DNA of 63,998 nt, filler included, from Theionarchaea archaeon (lineage in GTDB: Archaea; Methanobacteriota_B; Thermococci; Methanofastidiosales; SZ-28-30): NCBI GenBank assembly GCA_018992565.1. It is 7 parts of 7 records of this genome, joined end to end, with 100 filler letters (N's around TTAATTAATTAA, not from the genome) between each part and the next. Parts side by side here need not be neighbours in the genome. Positions count along the whole stretch, not along the records: positions 57,953 to 63,998 come from JACVGW010000122.1; 6 more parts are not named here. One strand, 5' to 3'. The first letter of the stretch is position 1, and each line of letters begins with the position of its first letter. Below the pieces are notes generated by a model. That model made no database searches. It had not been told where the DNA came from and saw nothing but the letters and a program-made list of their open reading frames with translations. This document shows positions 63,531-63,998 of the stretch, piece by piece. The position numbers and the translations under genes were made by a program.

Positions 63531-63998
63531 TCACTCTCTTCTTCTCAAAGACAGTACTGACAGTCCCAGGAAGAGGAAAGCAAACCCCAGCAAGGCCACA
63601 ACATCCACCCATATCCTTTCCAGTCCCCATCCTCTCAGCATGACATCACGACATGCATCCACTGCATACGTGGGAGGGACCATATATGATGCAGGCCGTA
63701 ACCACGAAGGGATGGCTTCTATAGGCCAGAAAATCCCCGAAAGCAGAAATGCCGGCAGCACAACAAAGGGAAAGAACTGAATGGCCTGAGCCTCCCTTTT
63801 TGCCAGACCTGATAACAAAATTCCCAGAGACTGGCTCACAACTGCCAGGAGTGCAATAACCAAGAAGGCGACAACCACGTGTCCCATAATGGTAACATCA
63901 AATACAAGAACGCCCACAGTCAGCAGGAATGCAGACTGCAGTGTGCCCAGGAGCCCAAAAGCCAGAGCATATCCTGCCACAATCTCGCTCTCCTCAAG
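63531..63998 (-). CDS. ABC-2 type transporter permease (5' truncated by window end)
   Basis: FLLSGIFWPIEAIP, PPTYAVDA. Confidence 0.88.
   Translation of the reverse strand, partial: LEESEIVAGYALAFGLLGTLQSAFLLTVGVLVFDVTIMGHVVVAFLVIALLAVVSQSLGILLSGLAKREAQAIQFFPFVVLPAFLLSGIFWPIEAIPSWLRPASYMVPPTYAVDACRDVMLRGWGLERIWVDVVALLGFAFLFLGLSVLSLRRRE

Noticed and set aside
1..63998. Transposases, integrases, rRNA, RNase P or SRP RNA, reverse transcriptases
   Set aside because: No supporting motifs were seen by eye; a covariance or HMM search could still find divergent ones.

Overview
Archaeal DNA: TATA boxes, GGAGGTGA ribosome-binding sites, rps13-rps4-rps11-rpoD, Alba, Rpp21, Nep1 and a C1:G72 tRNA-Tyr. 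The gene content suggests an anaerobic peptide fermenter; a Thermococci-related lineage such as Theionarchaea is my guess. The window is seven contigs concatenated by 100-nt N...TTAATTAATTAA...N linkers, so adjacency across linkers is meaningless. Most genes are housekeeping or redox metabolism: two tandem 2-oxoacid:ferredoxin oxidoreductase operons, purCSL, and NuoE/F/G-like flavo-FeS modules next to a glutamate-synthase-like protein and GDH. The best candidates for an undescribed system are two radical-SAM RiPP loci. (1) A 31-aa precursor missing from the ORF track (3419-3514, minus; MRKTILPMKRTIVIGSVNPIVFPKGGIVWAP) has its own TATA box, RBS and poly-T tract and lies directly upstream of an RRE-rSAM-SPASM gene. 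(2) A 72-aa NHLP-like precursor ending ...LPIVPIFCAAY (36134-36352, minus) lies 12 nt upstream of an RRE-rSAM-SPASM gene and is divergent from a B12-dependent rSAM gene. All product calls come from motif recognition by eye; no searches were run.
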